From NCBI RefSeq assembly GCF_009914755.1, contig NC_060943.1: a DNA stretch of 64,000 bases. One strand, written 5' to 3'. The notes below the pieces were generated by a model that did not search any database, was not told the DNA's origin, and worked only from the letters and a program-made list of their open reading frames with translations. Source of the stretch: the human T2T-CHM13v2.0 reference genome, Homo sapiens. A program made the translations under genes and the position numbers. Within the stretch, counting starts at the first letter, position 1. Each line of letters opens with the position of its first letter. Positions 62,151 to 64,000 of the stretch are shown here, piece by piece.

Positions 62151-63106
62151 TGACGAAGTAAAGCCTTTGCTCCCGTCTTTCCCAGGCATTTCAAGGCCTG
62201 GCTTCCACCCAAGGGGCAGTCCCTACAGGAGACTGGAGGAAGAAGGGAAAGGCCTCGGCTCTCTCCCTATTGGCCACCATGGCCTGGCTGCTGCCCAGAC
62301 GGTCTCAGCTCCTGCTGGTTGCACTCTCCACACCATCGTCCCTGCCTCTACTCCAGATATGGTGCCAGGAATCATGGAGTGTTTGCTCTTCCTGGAAGCA
62401 GACTCCTGTCCTATTCCTTGTGAGTCCTCTACACCAGGCTAACAGTCTCTAGCAGAATCTCTCGAGGCTACCCTGATTTGAGTGTTCCAGGTATGTTCAG
62501 CTGAACCCTGATTGAGAGAACTCATATGTCAGTCCCAGTGCTGTGACTTGGAGTTACAGAGTTGAGAAACAAACAGACTGCCACTTCACCCTGTTCAAGG
62601 TTCTCTAGCTCACAGGAGAAACATAAATACAAAAGAAAACTGCACCCAAAACTCCCAGGTGCCACGACAGAAATATGGATTCAGATCTGTGGCACCATAG
62701 AATGAACAGGTACCTTGCAGGCATGAATGTGGGTGAGAGTCATCAGGGAAGGCTTCCGAGAGAAGGTGACACTCTATGTGAGTCTTGGAGGGTGAATACA
62801 AACTCCCTTGTAGGACAAGGTGAGAACATTCATCTCCCGGAAAATACACCATTCAAACACATGAAAGTACATGAGTTTGCTACAGGAATGGTAGTTTGCT
62901 CAGATGCTTGGGACCCATATTGGAGATAAGAGCAGCAGGGGAGAGGACTGAAGTGATTTAATGACTGGTATCAAATTGCTCACTTTTAAATTTTGTCAAT
63001 CAAAGGCATGTCTTTTAAGTGGCCATCTGTTATCACTCACCACCAGGATATAATCATATAATCTTGGAATAAAGAAAAGTCCTTTGTAGCAAATAAATTT
63101 AGGAGG

Positions 63107-63206
63107 GTGTGTGTGTCCGTGTGCATACGCTACCTGCGTGTGTGTGTGTATATACACACATATATATACACACACGCATGTATGTGTATATATATGCATA
63201 TATGTG

Positions 63207-63247
<41 letters not shown>
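63107..63247. repeat. Compound (TG)/(TA)/(CA)n alternating purine-pyrimidine tract
   Basis: Direct reading. Confidence 0.95.
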
Positions 63248-63249
<2 letters not shown>

Positions 63250-63817
63250 CCTGTCCTTGTTTTTCTTTTCTCATTTTGCAGCAGTCTAGGAACAAGTCCA
63301 TTGGCTGACATTTGAAAACCACTGATCTCACCTGATCCTCTTATTCTACCCACAGGGAAGCATGTCATTTTTTAAAAATTCATTTTTTAAAATGAGTTCA
63401 ATTCTCTTAAGTGTTTATTGCTAGCCCTTTGACTGCTCCTCACAAACAGACCCCTGACCAGCCTTAGGCACTTCCAGGTACTTGGGTTCAGACAACACTT
63501 GGTCCTAACACCACAGGGAAAAGCATTAAAGTTCTCGGATTACTTTTTCTGCAGGTCATTTGATAATACTTTCCACTCCTAGTGAATGCTACAACAAGCA
63601 ATATATATTGGTAATTGCAGCCATCTAAGAATAGACATATTTGCAGGAATAATGACCTCCTCCTCCCCCTAAAAAAAAGTTAGATTTAAGTAATACTGCC
63701 AGTTGGTGGCCATTTGTGCACTCATGTCTGGTTGCATTTGCCTCCAGGGACAGATAAATAGTAAAGGAGAAAACTGAAGTGGGGAGGGTCTGAGTAAATC
63801 AGTCTCTCTGCCTCTGG

Positions 63818-63869
63818 CTCTCTCTCTCTCTCTCTTTCACACACATACACACACACACACACACACACA
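63818..63869. repeat. (CT)n(CA)n compound microsatellite
   Basis: Direct reading. Confidence 0.92.
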
Positions 63870-64000
63870 TCTGTTATTTTAAATGTGTTATGAGTACTTT
63901 CTTGGTCTGGGAACCCACGGACTGGTTCCTAGGATGCTGCAAAATGAGAAAAACATGGACAGGTAGTGCATAGATAGGTAGATTAAAAAGGTGGGGGGCT

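Overview
Primate, almost certainly human or great-ape, non-coding genomic DNA. I find no credible protein-coding exon, RNA gene, CpG island or CRISPR array, and I cannot name the locus. The ORFs in the track are transposon remnants (L1 ORF2 pieces), simple-repeat or VNTR artefacts, or chance ORFs. A large part of the window is interspersed repeat: about 14 Alus (J, S and Y types, many with readable TSDs), L1 3' ends (L1PA8-, L1PB-, L1MA-, L1MB-, L1ME-like), L2, MIR, MaLR/ERVL/ERV1 LTRs (THE1, MST/MLT1, LTR16, LTR33, MER54, MER41-family, MER50) and hAT MITEs (MER53, MER58, MER102, MER112). Subfamily names come from recalled consensus motifs and need RepeatMasker/Dfam confirmation. I do not see a new multi-gene system. 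The strongest unexplained structures are: (1) a perfect 58-bp copy of an LTR16 end plus flank placed 1.8 kb upstream next to a fold-back hairpin, resembling a templated-insertion repair scar; (2) a MER50 LTR lacking U5, with an A-rich tail and a 16-bp TSD, which looks L1-retroposed rather than a solo LTR; (3) a 5'-inverted old L1MA; (4) an 11 x 60-bp VNTR carrying E-boxes beside a motif-dense unique block; (5) several repeat-free blocks rich in developmental TF motifs that may be distal enhancers.
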